A stretch of DNA of 64,000 nt from Felis catus (Eukaryota): contig NC_058368.1 of NCBI RefSeq assembly GCF_018350175.1, forward strand, positions 108,440,001 to 108,504,000, read 5' to 3'. Below are positions 49,008 through 62,918 of this stretch, piece by piece; positions within the stretch are counted from its first letter, which is position 1, and every line of letters begins with the position of its first letter. A program made the position numbers and the translations under genes. A model generated the notes under the pieces. It searched no databases. It saw only the letters and a program-made list of their open reading frames with translations, and was not told where the DNA came from.

Positions 49008-49799
49008 CTGGAAGAAAAGTCCCAAAAGAAGGCATATCTAATTAGTAACAAACATATTGTATCAATAAAAAACTTCTTGGACTCTACTACTCCATATTTC
49101 TAGTACCATCATTTTCTATAAAATACAGAGTAAAATCATCGTTAAGTAAAAACTGGCCTAAGTGATCAATCAGACCACAAAGTACTCCTTCCTATCAAGA
49201 AAAGAGGGTAGATGAACAGCTATGTAAGGAGGTAAGTATAAAACTTTCTTAACAGTCATCAGGAATGCTGTCCCTTTGGTATGTAATACATTCTTAATAC
49301 AATCAGAAAATGAAAACCATCATTCAAAACAAAGTAGTTAAATAAATACATCACAAACCCAAAGCTTGGAATATAACATTTCTCAAATACAAATCTACTC
49401 CTTGTATATTTGACTGAGAGTATCATTCCCTGTTTTTCGTTTTAGTCTTGGCCAAATTTATTTCCAATAGCCATTTCCCACCTTCTCCGTGATTACCTCT
49501 CTCTAGTTGCTGGGCTCAGCATATATTTGGGGGCATAATTCATTCTAAAATGGCTTGAAAACTCCTAAGCAGTAAAGAATTTCCCACACACAAATATACT
49601 TGTCTTTAATGCCTTCATTGAGCCTTTCTGGGGTGCCTGGAGGGCTTAGCCTTTAATCTTTCCTATGAGTAAGAGCACATGATAATAAAAGAAAATCTGT
49701 CCAGGACAATGATCTCTTCTTTTATATTAAAGACCAACTAAACAAAAGAATGGTACATATTTAGAGGGAGTCTATTATACGTTAAAACTTCTTACTCAC

Positions 49800-51228
49800 C
49801 CAGGAAAAGGTATCTCATCTTCTTCTGCCCAATCTTCTTGCTCTCCTCCATAATAACTGCTTACTTGTCTAGTCATATCATGACCTGCATCTTCACTTTC
49901 ACTATCCCCAAGGGCACTATCTGAACTTTCATTCCTTGGAATGTCCCATTCAGTTCCTATAGCAATTTTTTTCTCTGAAGTCTCTTTATCCCCATGGGGG
50001 ACAAGAATGGAGAGTTTATCTCTTTGGTCCTGCTGAGGAAAGCAGGTTTTACATGAATCTTGGTGAACTGTTTCTACACATTTACAAAATTCACTGTTCT
50101 GTTTGCTATTTGTAGTACACAATCCTTTTGAAAATTCTAACATACAGCAGTGTTCTTTACTGTCTGTACTTGTTTTAACTGCAATAATATCATCAATAGT
50201 CCTAGTTTCAATTGAATCATCATTAAAATATTCATCAAATAAGCTCATGCTTTCTAGGTCTGAATGATTCCAACAGGGAAGTTCACAGGGCTCTCCAGAA
50301 ACTACGTTTGGTATAGGAGACTCTCCGGATTGGTCCTTAGCTGTTTGTTTAGTTTCTTGATGCTGCTGATCAACAACAGCCTCTCCTTCTTCCTTCAGTG
50401 GCTTGGTGTGGTGCCTGGTAATCTGATCCACCACTGCCTGACTCCTGAGTTCAGTATCTGAGTCAGGTGACATAGAATCTCCAATTAAGAAAGTAACCTT
50501 TGTCTGGGATGCTTCACAAGAAAATGCAGCAGTCACAAGCTTATCTGGAGGTTTTTTTTCCACAACCATTCCCGTGGATCTCAACACTTTGCCTGTGTGA
50601 TTACCTGAGCCCAGCAATTCCTCATTATGCCATGTTTCCTCTGCTGGCTCTAAGCCTGATTTTGACAAGGCACATTTGTCTACTGGAGCAGATCCTGTGC
50701 AAACAACGGTCTCCAACTTGGTGTCAAGGCAAGTTCTTAATTTATCTCTGAACTGTTTAACATCAACAGCATTTTCTTCTTGGCAGTCAGAGGGAGAAAT
50801 CATACGGCACTCATCTGAAATTCCTAGTAGCTCCTTAGAGCTGTTTTGAATCTCTTCTGTCTCTTGTTGTGAAACATTCTCCATATTTTGTCCCAGGAGT
50901 GGACGACTGCAATATTTACAGTTACAATTAGGAGTCCTTGTTTCTTCTGGGTCTTTAAAGAGCAAACTGCTTTTGTTTCTGTGCATTGTGATAAGCACAT
51001 ACTCAGATTCTTCTATTTCACCTTTCTCCAAAGTGGTAGTAATTACAGTGCCTGGCATAACGATGGCTTCATCTTCTCCATTTTCTAAAAGATGGGTTTC
51101 TTGAAGTTCAGAGCATCTTATAAAATAAGTAAGAAAATAAAGCAGCCTCTGGACCATGTCCTGTCGTTTGCCAACCACTACAGTCCTTGCCAACCGTACA
51201 GGAGAGCCAATAGCGCCATACAAGTCCC
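49800..51228 (-). CDS. FNIP1: FNIP1 exon 14 (large exon, 1429 bp)
   Basis: tttcAG acceptor and GTGAGT donor. Open frame [20 protein letters not shown]...EDEIPFP(G). Contains the CNCKYC degron and the [14 protein letters not shown] motif. Confidence 0.97.
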
Positions 51229-52829
51229 CTGAAATGGAAAAACCAGTTAATGGACACATCGTCTATTCATGTAGCTAACTAAGCAGGCTATTTTCAATGA
51301 TCAGAAAGCTAATCTTATTGTATGAGGGCTAGCTCAGGTTTTATTCTTAGTTCTTTCATATGTGAGCGACTATTCAGGAGGATATGATAAGATGAATGAA
51401 TCTCTTTGTTAGCCAAAGAGAAAGGTGAACAGAGAGGTTTTCCAGATTCCTCCTTAGGCAGCTACTGGTTCTGAAACTTCAACCAAAGAGTCCATTGTGA
51501 CACTCACATTTATCAAGAATATTCTCGGTGCCAGTCCTCACACAGAGCACTTCAGTGGGATAGAGAAGCTCTACCTAAGGACTATGTGCAAAAGGATTCT
51601 ATAGCTGCACTCAAAGCAGAGAAGAAAAAGCAAAACCTCTACTGGGGGGCAAGGAGAAAAGGAAGCAACAGTAGAATGGAGGAGAACTGGAGTAGTCACA
51701 TCACATATCTGATCTTTCTTGATTTAAATTACATCCGTGAACAGTAACTTTTATTGCCCTACCAAGGACCCAAAACTAGCTTTTTAAAAGCCCATTTCCC
51801 CTTCCATTTCCTAAAGGGTTGAGTACTCAGAAAAGGCCAGAAAGGACGAGAAGAGTGAGACCTAACTAACCTAAGAGGAAAAGAAAGGGCAACACATTTA
51901 GCCATGTAGTTCATTTTCACTTTTACATCCATGTGAGACATAAACAGCCATTACATAAAAAAGGGGAGATGGGGAACCTAAGAGTCATCAATATAAATTT
52001 CTGTATTTATGCTATAGCTCAAATTAGAAGACACAGTTGCCAAAGTACACTTAAAAATGGAGAATACAGTCATTAATTTAAATTTAACTCAATTTTAGCA
52101 TGTTGTTTGCATATATACTTTAAAACTTAACCTCTACATTGTTTAAACATAAACAGGTCTCAAATAAATATATGCTATAAACAATATAGTGACAATTCTT
52201 CCCCTCTGGTTAATACACTGGCTCTAATGCCATCATGCCACTATTCAAAACTACTCCTAAGGTTCCCACAAATTACCAAATAAACTGAACTGTTCTGGCA
52301 TGGCAAATGAGACTTTCATGACTGGTTCTACTTTACTTTTCTAGGTGTATTTTCTTATAGTTACCCTTTTTCATCATTATTCACACAAAGTCCCACTTAA
52401 AGCAAACTACATAAAATGAAACACTCATTCTACTCAGCACTTTTAACATGAAGACCCCTTTTCCTCATGCTATGAACTTACCATTTCCCCTGTGACCTCT
52501 GCCACTCCAAAGCTTTCCACCCAAGCATCCTCTGTTGGGCAAAAGTAAACTTCCATAACTGAACTCTCACTCAACTTTTCATTTCTCTTACAGTTCCTCT
52601 TTGAATTATCCCCGTATTTGTTGACGATAATTTGTCATTGTTATTATTATTGTTCTATTTATTACCTTCAGTAATAAACTATCCACTTCTTGATACCAAG
52701 AACTACATTTCACCTTTCATACCCCCCCATATTCTTTGCACAGGACCTTACATATATCATGCACTCAATAAGTGATTGTAGAATTGAAAATAAATTTGAT
52801 ATGTCCAAATAAAAAAATACCACTGAATA

Positions 52830-53250
52830 CTTGATTTGAAAAAAGTTAATATCCATATAATGGAATACTACCTAGCATAACAAAGGGATTGACTATGAAT
52901 ATATACAAAATAGGTGAATCTCAGAGTAATTATGTTGAATGAAAAAAGTCAGACAGAAAAAAAACCATGCACTGTATGATTCCATTTATATCTAGAATTG
53001 CAAAGTAATCTATGGTGACAGAAAGCAGACCAACAGCTGCCTGGGTATGGAAAGGAAGGTGAGTAGGGAGAGTAGGGAGGGAAAGGAGGGAGAGATTACA
53101 TGAGGAAACTTTTGGAAGCGATGAATATGTTTATCATCCTCATTTTGGTAATGGTTTCAGAGGCATTCATATTTTGACATATATATCAAAACTTACAAAA
53201 TTGTGTGTTTTATACATGTGTTGGCTGTATGTCAATTATTCCACGATTAA
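52830..53250 (+). mobile_element. Old L1M 3'UTR fragment
   Basis: atccatataatggaatacta...ctgtatgattccatttata...gtcaattat. Confidence 0.7.
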
Positions 53251-53619
53251 CTAGATGAAAGTAAAGGAAGAAGGAAGAGAGGGAAGAAAGAGAAAAGAAG
53301 GGAAGTTACATGAATAAGTTACATGACCACCTGCCTGACAAGCTCACTCATCAACACAACCTAAGGGAAGTTTCTACCAAGTCATCAAAATGTTCTCATT
53401 GGACTCCTCCCCCATGCCCTAACAGCAATAGAGTAAGAGCAGGAGTAACAGCAGCCACATTTACCTCACACTGTTCTAAGCACTTTACACATATTATTTT
53501 ATTTAATTTCCACATCTTTATGAAGTATGTACTATCTATTATTATTATCCCCAATTTGTAAACAAAGAGACTACAATCCAAATGTGGTCTGCCTAACTCA
53601 CAGCCTGTCCTTTTTAAAA

Positions 53620-53828
53620 AAATTTTTTTAAACATTTATTCATTTTTGACTGACAGAGCGTAAGTAGGGGAGGGGAAGAAAGAGAGGAAGACATAAAATC
53701 CAAAACAGGCTCCAGGCTCTGAGCTGTCAGCACAGGGCCTGACACAGGGCTCAAACTCCCGGACCGCGAAATCACGACCTGAGCTGAAGTCAGATGCTTA
53801 ACCAACTGAGCCACCCTCAGCCTGCCCT
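53620..53828 (-). mobile_element. CAN-SINE
   Basis: TSD-like CTCACAGCCTG. Confidence 0.9.
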
Positions 53829-54348
53829 CACAGCCTGCACTTTTAAGCATCATGCTACAATGCCTGCCTAGTAACCGTCAACTAATCAACTATCCCCTCT
53901 CTCCTCAGTTATTCATTTTTTTAACAGGGCCTTGCACTAATGGAAACATTTTCCAAAATTACTCAACAAAAAAACAAAAGTGGAAAACAGGAACCTCAAG
54001 GATTGCCTCTCAGTTAACCAGATTTAGTCTAGCTATCACAAGTGACTGTGATCCATGCTTCCCAGGAAAAGTATGTAATGTAAAACACCCTCAAGACCCT
54101 GAAGTTACTAGTAAACCAGTCTTCATCCTGCTGCTTCTCTTGTTCCCACTGCAGTTCTATATCTCTAAGGAACAGATACCAATTAATATGGGGATAAGAC
54201 ATGAAAGGACAAGTAAAGAAGTGCTTTAGAATGGAGGAGGTAAAAGAGAACATCTTATTTCTTTATTTTTGTTTTTGCTATAAAGTAACTCCAGACAGTT
54301 ACACAAAAGTCTAAGTATTATGCATAATGTAAGGGTTTTCAGACATAC

Positions 54349-54518
54349 CTAGTTGTGCCCAAAGTGGGTTATATGGATGAGTCTTTGCCAACATGTCCAC
54401 ACTCTGAGAGGAATGTTTTTCTAAAAATATTTTTATAGGTGGTTGTCCATTTGGCATGACTGTTGGAACCCAGGCAAGATGATTGGTCAGAACTGCAGTA
54501 ATGAGTGCTGGCAAGAAT
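54349..54518 (-). CDS. FNIP1: FNIP1 exon 13 (170 bp)
   Basis: ttttcAG acceptor and GTATGT donor. [20 protein letters not shown]...PYNPLWAQL. Confidence 0.96.
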
Positions 54519-55246
54519 CTGAAAACAAAAACACAGCTATCATATTCCAAATTGCCTTCATTAGACCTAACGTAAAATGCAGCAAGAGAATAAAGAGACT
54601 ATATATTCTCATGTAGCCAAACAGCATTAAAAAAGGAGAGGAAAGAAGAAAAGAAAAAGAAAAGATATATCACCTGGATGAAAATAAATATTAACACGGT
54701 TTTTGGTTGGGTAGGGGTTAAAAAAAATCCTTGAAATAACAGCAATATTCACACAGGGCTATTTCTGATCATAATTACAAAACAAAACTACCATTTTACT
54801 TGAAAAACTAGTTTCTGCAAAATTAATGAATCAACCAACAAGTCTATATATTTCCATATTACTGAATAGGAAAATGAAGGAACATATTAAGCAAACTTTG
54901 TCTACCATCTAAAAGAATAAAACATCTAAATTATTCATCTGGATTCTAGGAATCTGATGTAATAATGGTTAGAAGAAAAAAGTATGATAAAAGATCACAT
55001 TAAATACGTATCACTGGAATCCTGGCACTTCGTTTGTTTTTGTTTTGTTTTGGGTTTTTTTTGTTTGTTTGTTTTACTTATTTTCTATAGAATGAAACTG
55101 TAAGTGGATATGACTCACCAAAAAATGGGAAGCCGCAGAGAATTGTTAAATTGTCAGGAACTTTAAGTCCTTAAGTTAACACATAATTAAAGATCTTTTT
55201 ACAGTTTTTCATTCATAATATTCTGTGGACTTCTATATCTTATCTC

Positions 55247-55441
55247 TTTTTTTAATATTTAAAAAATGTTTATTTTTCAGAAAGAAAGCACAAGCGGGGG
55301 AGGGGCAGCGAGAGGGGGACAGAGGATCTGAAGCAGGCTCCAAGGTGACAGCAGCCCCATGTGGGGCTCAAACTCACAAACCATGAGATCATGACCTGAG
55401 CTAAAGTCGGACGCTTAACCAACTGAGCCATGCAGGGCACT
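55247..55441 (-). mobile_element. CAN-SINE
   Basis: Reverse head; TSD-like ATATC(T/C)TATCTCTT. Confidence 0.88.
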
Positions 55442-55624
55442 CCATATCCTATCTCTTAACTATCTTTTGGAATTCAGTTTTGGTTATTAATAATATGAAA
55501 TAATTCCAAGGATAACAGTTAATTATTTCACTTTTGTAACTGAGTTTGATCAAAATATAGATAATCACGTTATAGTAAATAATAACTGAGATAGATATAC
55601 AAAAAGAAAGAGAGAAAGCCATAC

Positions 55625-55771
55625 TGATTTTTGGAAGCATTTTCCATTAGAAATGTGAACTCCTTCATGAAACGATGGCAAAGCTGGTTCTTTTCTGGAG
55701 TCCCCGACATCATTGTAAGCCAGACAGGCTCTCCAATTCGTGGCATTGTATAAAGATTACAAATTGTTGTT
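55625..55771 (-). CDS. FNIP1: FNIP1 exon 12 (147 bp)
   Basis: tttAG acceptor and GTATGG donor. [21 protein letters not shown]...ENASKN(Q). Confidence 0.96.
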
Positions 55772-56594
55772 CTAAAAAGAGGAAAACACATTATGAAATT
55801 CATAGTTCCCAGAACTACATACTCTTAAAGTTTATATTGTCAGGTTGGGCCTCACAGGTAGATTATAAAAACTTTCAAAAGGACAAAATCAATCAAGTCA
55901 TTCCTTCTTTGTCACCAGCATAGTAACACAGGAATGCTCTGCACATGAACTCAATATATGATGGTTCTGATGCAGTCTCTGCCCCTGATGACTGTGTGCT
56001 CTTGGGTAAATTACTTCCCTACTTTAGGCATCAGTTTCTGCCACCCATAAAAATGAAAGTATAGAACCAGATAATTTCTAAAGCCCTTCCAGTTCTTCGT
56101 TTGTAAGGTATATGCCATACTTAAATATAACGCAAATAATCAACAACCTAGAGGAGAAAAATATTCTGTATTGAATAATAGCTTATCCATACACCCACTC
56201 AAAACAATAGTTTATTGGCATCATTTTGTTGCCTATGCTGAGACTCTTTAGTAAAGTTCTAAGGACACTATATCTGCACTCTGTATTTTATAACTCTCAA
56301 TCTTCTGATGTTTTTCCTTGAATCAACAGAAGAAAGCATTATTGCACAATTATGATGACGCTTGTCTGGCTCTCTCTTGCATTTACTTAGACAACAGCTA
56401 GACCCATGAATTACACTCTCTCCTTAAGGCTTCAAGGACACCTTTAAAATATTAATCATTTTACTTCCACATTAATATCTATTCAGCCAAGTCCTATACA
56501 CTCAGATTAAGCAAATGCTACAAAGCTGAGGCTTAAGAAACTAGTTGATCTTTTGGAAGATACAGAACTGTGTCCTACTTTCTACTCTCTAGAA

Positions 56595-56811
56595 CAGTGC
56601 TATGTGATAGAACCTTTTTTTCCACAGTGATGGGAATGTTATGTATCTGTGCTGTCCAAGATGGCACCCACTAGTCATATGTGATTACTTAACACTTAAA
56701 ATGTGGTCAGTATGACTAATTGATTTTAACTTTAATTTTATTTAAATTAAGTACCAAAAAACAATTCAAGTACCCACATGTGGCTAATGGCTACTATATT
56801 AGAAAGTACAA
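56595..56811. mobile_element. MER3-like hAT-Charlie DNA transposon
   Basis: 8-bp TSD CTCTAGAA on both sides (56587-56594 / 56812-56819); ccacatgtggcta motif. Confidence 0.8.
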
Positions 56812-56865
56812 CTCTAGAAAGTTATCTGAGATCTCCATAGGTCTAATACCTACTTCAGCATAATT

Positions 56866-57086
56866 CTTTTTTTTTTTTTTTAATTTTTTTAATGTTTATT
56901 TTTGAGAGAGCGCACACAAGAGAGTGGGGGAGGGGCAGAGAGAGAAGGAGACATAGAACTCAAAGCAGGTTCCAGGCTCCACAGTGTCAGCACAGAGCCC
57001 CAACACAGGTCTCGAACTCACAAACGGTGAGATCATGACCTGAGCTGAAGTCAGACGCTAAACCTACTGAGCCACCCAAGCAACCC
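56866..57086 (-). mobile_element. CAN-SINE
   Basis: TSD AGCATAATTCT. Confidence 0.9.
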
Positions 57087-57469
57087 AAGCATAATTCTCT
57101 AACACCTAGAACCCAAAAACAGGAAAAGAATTATCTTGCCTGTATAAATTTTACTGAATCTTGACCCAGCATGAACACAATATATTACAATGGATAAAAG
57201 TGACAAACACAGGTCACATTAATGAGCTCTTGGTAGGGCATAATATCATGGCTGAGAACTTGAAAATAAACAAATGGAAAAGAATTAAAGGCATTTAACA
57301 GAGAAAAATATGATTCAAATATAAACTAGGAATAGCTGAAAATGTTTATTTTTAAAGCCTATTAAGGATGTCCAGGTAAGATGGAAAAGTGAGCACCAAT
57401 GTTTATCCTGTTCAGTTCTGAGGTCCCAAATGAACACCCGTTAAGGATCCGAAGACAGATTAAAAAAAA

Positions 57470-57678
57470 TCTTTTTAACTGTTTATTTATTTTTGAGAGA
57501 GTGACAAGAGTATGAAGCAAGGGAGGGGCAGAGAAAGGCAGAAACACAGAATCTGAAGCAGGCTCCAGGCTCTGAGCTGTCAGCACAGAGCCTGACACAG
57601 GGCTTGAGCTCACAGACTGCAAGATCATGACCTGAGCTGAAGTCAGAAGCTTAACTGACTGAGCCACCCAGGCGCCCC
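57470..57678 (-). mobile_element. CAN-SINE
   Basis: Reverse head. Confidence 0.9.
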
Positions 57679-59502
57679 AACAGATAAATTACTATAGCAA
57701 ATAAAAATGGGGAATAATCGGACTTAAAATTTAAATTATACATGTAATAAAATTCTAGAACATAAAACACAGAAAGGAATGTTAAGTGAAGTGTTAAGGT
57801 AGATGATGATATGGGTTACAGTGCTCACAGAAGGGGACACATACATAGCTAATCTCCTCCAATGAAACAAGAAGAGGCTCGAGACGGACAAATGCCTGGT
57901 AAAGTTAGGACAGGAGTTATAGAGGACTGTAAACAGGGAGACTAATTCAAGGTCCATAAATGGCTGATGACCCCTTTCTGCACCCCCTATTTTTCCACAG
58001 AATGACTAGAGACTAGAAGAACAGATGTAGCAACTGACTAGCCCAGAGAAATAACCTTGCTCAAAGCCTTACCGATATTCAAAGATTTCACAGTATGTAA
58101 ATAGATACACAATGAATCTTTTGATATTAAAATTTAATGGGAAGAAGGGACAGCAATTAGGAGAAAAAATGTCTTATATATGCTCCTTCAGGAAGTGATA
58201 ATAAAAACAGGTTCACAACCACCACCTTAAAGTTCTCCAGTTTGTGCCTAATTATGTCTAGAACTCCCAACCTGTATTTTAGTGCTTCACTCTCAGCTGT
58301 GGAAGGGCGACCCAAATCCTGATATAGAGGGAGAGCCTCCAAGGAGAGAGGGACACAACCAGAAAAACAGAAACACACACTCACTCACACAAAATGACTC
58401 CAGAGGAAATAGAAAATGATACATTCAAAAAAAGGAAAACATGAAAAAGACATAAAAGGTCAGTTCAGGAATGCCAGTTACTAACAAAAAGAATTCAAGA
58501 CAGAGAAGACAGAGGAAAATAAATAATCAAAGAAAGTAGAAAATTTACCAGAACTCAAGCTAGTGCTAGAGCTACACTGAAGTTGAAGGGCCAACAGGCA
58601 GGTATAAACTCACGGCAGGAATTAGAAATGCTCCAAAATTGATAAACCAAGAAATATCTACAGTAAGTATACTGTTTAGTAATGTGGAGGTAAATAAAAG
58701 AAATAGGTCAGAGTGTTCTTGAGAAGTAAGAATGGGGATGGGAAAGAGAGGATATGGTTCATTTCTTTTTCATTATTAGATTTCTCAGCATATTTTGTGT
58801 CTTTAACCATGTGAATGTACTTTCTGATGAAAAGAAATACTGTATAAATGAATGAATGAGCTGATCGATTCATTTTCCATGAGTTTCTTAAGCATATTAG
58901 AGACTACTACAAGTCCATGTGTCATGGGGCAGAGCCAGATCACTAACCTTGGTATAGTGGTCCACTGAGGGCATTAGCGTTAATGTTTTGATGCTTAAGA
59001 CTAGGTACTACAACCTCAGAGTGTATCAAATGCAAAGAAGGCAAAGAAATTAATTATGCAATGGAGCTTCTCATTATACACAACTCTATGTTGTTATTAG
59101 CAATCTAGAAATAATAGTACTTTCTTCTCCTCTCCCCTAATGATTATGCCCTAATTTTCAGTGGTAAGAAAGGTAAGAATTTTTAGTTACCTGACCCCTT
59201 ATTTTTCCTGACTGTCCCTAAAGAATGAAAGACTACCTTAGGTGGAAGTAAACTGTGGGCCTGATTTAGTTTTCTTTGATATGCACAAAGTCTAAGTGAG
59301 AGTCCAAGAACCTCAACTTTGCCAAATCGCTCTGCTAACTAAACATGCTTCTTGTCTGTCTAGGTATCATGGCTTCTGCATGCACGTGAATCATTTCCTT
59401 CCTCTTTCCAACTACCCTAAATTCATTAATCATCTGGTCTCAAATAATCACATACTTTAAAAACTACCTATTAATTTTTAATAATCATTTAATTTAAAAA
59501 TT

Positions 59503-60350
59503 AAGATTCTCATTATTTGCAGCAATGTTCTGTAAAGCCGATGCAAACAATGAATTAGTGAACAATGAATCACTTTACCTAGGGAAAATACATAGTTAGG
59601 TTCCTGTGAGTCTCTCATCACATTTTTGTCAGCCCTTCAATATATAACCTTGTTTTATGTGGGTTTCTGTTTACAGATACCTTATTTAATATACTATTGA
59701 TTCATTTACATTGAATTCACAGCCAACAGCACTGTAACTCAGGTATTCATGAAGGTTACATGTATTTTGTCTGTAAGGCACATCACTGCCTTCTTACACT
59801 TAGGAACATTAGACAGCATTTCAGCAGTACACTCGAGGGTGATTTTTTTTTTTTTTTTTAGGTTTATTTTCAAGAGATAGAATGTGAGCAGGAGAGGGGC
59901 AGTTAGAGAGGGAGACACAGAATCCAAAGCAGGCTCCAAGCTCTGAGCTGTCAGCACAGAGCCTGACGTGGGGCTCAAACCCACAAACAGTGAGATCATG
60001 ACCTGAGCCAAAGTTGGAAGCTTAACCGACTGAGCAATCCAGGAACCCCAAGGGTGATTTTTAATAGCAAAATCATTAACAAGAAGCACAAAATGAAAAA
60101 AAAAAGTGCCTTTAAATAGATGCAAAAAGGATACTTGTTTATAGAATGAGAGCTGAAACAAGAAGGCAGAGTAATGCCTTGTTCAACCTCATCTAGGAAT
60201 GTATCAGACTACTCTATTTTTTTTCACTGTTCTGCACATGTTACAAATGATCATTAAAACACTGAGTATATTTTGAGGTCATAAATAAATTTCAGCAAGT
60301 AGGTGAATTCACAAATGTACAATCTGTATGTAACAAGGATTAAATGTATA
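59503..60350. mobile_element. TcMar-Tigger-type DNA transposon (MER82-like) with a nested SINE at 59843-60048
   Basis: Recalled consensus gattctcattatt...cctagggaaaataca...ttaggttcctg. The nested SINE has TSD AGGGTGATTTTT. Confidence 0.7.
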
Positions 60351-62094
60351 TATTAAAGTACTAATGATAGACCTAACAAAAATTACAACAGTTTATAAAG
60401 TATTTTTAAGATTCTGTAAGAATGCTTAACTGACTTACAGAGACTTTCATATCTGTACAGTGACTGAAGTAAAATAATCAAACTAATACAAAAGAAAAGG
60501 TATACAGTTATGACCTACATTTTCAATGGTTATATAAGTCATACATACTGTAAATTCTAGGCAATATTAAAATTCTAAGACTAGGCCTTTCGTACTACCC
60601 AATAATATAGCAATTAACTCACAGGTATTTAAAATTGTTTTGAATAAAAATTTTTATAACCAAAGAGCAAGATCAGTATTCTACTAGAAATGAATCTTAT
60701 GACAATATTACTATTCTGGTAACCTCTGGATAATGGCAGAGTTTCCTCAGACCTAAAATAGGGACTCTTGGCCTTTTTCCACAAAGCTTGTGACTGCAGA
60801 GAAAAAACTATCAATTCAATAATGTAAGAAACAGTTTCTAGTGTAAGGGCAAAGATTCACACTGCCTTGTAATAGTTAAAATGTGAAACTCAAAAAGAAT
60901 ATTACAGGATTCGTTTAGGCAAATAAGCAAAAGTTCTGTTCAAACATATATTTTTAATAATTCCAGTCTAAAGTCAACGGAACAACTCAACTGAAACAAA
61001 AATTTTTAAAAATTATTAACAAAATACCCAATCATTAAGAGCACCTTTCTTTTACTTTAAAGGTATAGTATCCACTTCAGGAAAAGCAGAACTCTTAAGA
61101 ATCTTTGAGCGAACTTTCAAGCAAATTACAGATTAAATTTAGAAACTGAGAAGATTATAACTTTTCATATTTCTTGAAAACCACTTATATTCATGACAAA
61201 GGCATATTTTACAGATTTCTCATAGAGAAATCACTCTAGAATTTCTTTGAGTTATGCAGTTAGAGTAAAATTCTTCAGCTCTGTAAACAGAGATGACCAG
61301 AGCTACAAGGGAATGTGTGAAGAGCTAAGCTGTCGTAAACCAGGAGAAATGTATAAATAACCATGGTACTCAGCTGATAATATTTCAGGTTACAATGTTC
61401 AACATGTCTTGGTTTCAATAAAACAAAAGAACTTCTCCCATAGCACACATAATCTCTCTCAAGAATTTCCAAGGCCAGAAAGTCATTATTTCAAAATAAT
61501 ATTCTCAAATGTGGAGTATGACATCCTTTCTCAGAACTGTACAGCTGCAGTTGCTGTATGGTTGTACAATGAAGGCTTGCAAATATACCTAACATTGTAG
61601 TAGTACAGATTTGGTAATTTTTTTCCCTGAAAACAGTTTAACCTAGTAATTTCCACACAGATTGTGAAATAAAAATGCGAGGCTCTAGACCTCCTCATTC
61701 AAACTCCACAAGTCTGGGAAACATTTTGTTACATTTGCCTAGTGATCAGCTGAGCACTGCATTTTTCTTTTTAATTGGAAGTTTTTAATATACTTTAAGT
61801 TCCAAACAAAATCAATTTGAGTTTTAACAAAATCAATCATTTTTTATTTCAATTCATTGTATTCTTACATGAAAATATTACTTAAAAACAAGCTCACCAA
61901 AAAGAACTAAGATTAAACCACAAGATTATAGAATACTTCCTCCTCCATTCCCAGCACCTTGCCACCACCATATTGTATCAACAAAAAATTGCTAAAAGAC
62001 AATAAACACAGTCTGAAAAGACAAAGAAAGCATCAGAATCAAACTGAGATCTAAGACACAGGTTGTTCCTATCAGATGTTAGTATGTTACCATT

Positions 62095-62220
62095 TATACA
62101 TATATATGTGTATATATATATGTATGTATATGTCTATATGTATATATATGTATGTATATGTGTATATATATGTATGTATATATATATATATGTATGTATA
62201 TATATATACATATATATATA
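62095..62220. repeat. (TA)/(TATG) microsatellite
   Basis: Read directly. Confidence 0.93.
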
Positions 62221-62918
62221 AATTAGTAAAACTATCACCTCCAATATAATTTTCACTTGTGCAAGTTATTTCCTTCTAAGACAAAAAAAGAAAGAATACA
62301 GGTTGAAATTTATTTCTCTAATTTTTCTCTACACATTCCCTAACCACTGAATTTAATGAACAAAAGTGGAAGATATTTAAACTCACTTTTAATGCCTTTT
62401 ATCCTAAAAGCTATGGTAAATAAAAGATGAATGACTAGAAAATTTTATCCTTCTCAGCAGCTGAGACCAGTGGATGATTACTACACAACAGCTATAAAGT
62501 ATACTCAATTTAAATAAATTCAAAACATGATAAAACATTCCATATTAGTTAGGTTATTTTTACCATGATTTTCTATTTAATGCTTATCTGTAATTCAATT
62601 TCAAATATTATACAAAAGATTGTTCAGGCAATTAAGTCTCTCATTTTGAGAGAGGTTAAAAAAACAAAGAAACCAGATTCACTTCCACTGTGGTTTACTT
62701 TTAACACAGTAAGAGAAAAATGAAGAATAAAAAAGTTGAAAACAAACACAGATTTTCTCTTATTGTCAAATTTACTAAATATACCACCCCTTAGTAATCT
62801 CCATTAACAAAAGGTATGTGGGTATATGTGTATGTGTGTGACATGCCTATAGTTTACCATAGCAATCCTGAAATAGAACAAACTAAAACAGGTTCTCACT
62901 TCAAAATGTGATAGTCCT

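Noticed and set aside
394..60161. Many 60-140 aa ORFs with AQSVK...AQVMIS...LEPASDSVSP-like or low-complexity translations
   Set aside because: They are recurrent translations of CAN-SINEs and microsatellites, not genes.
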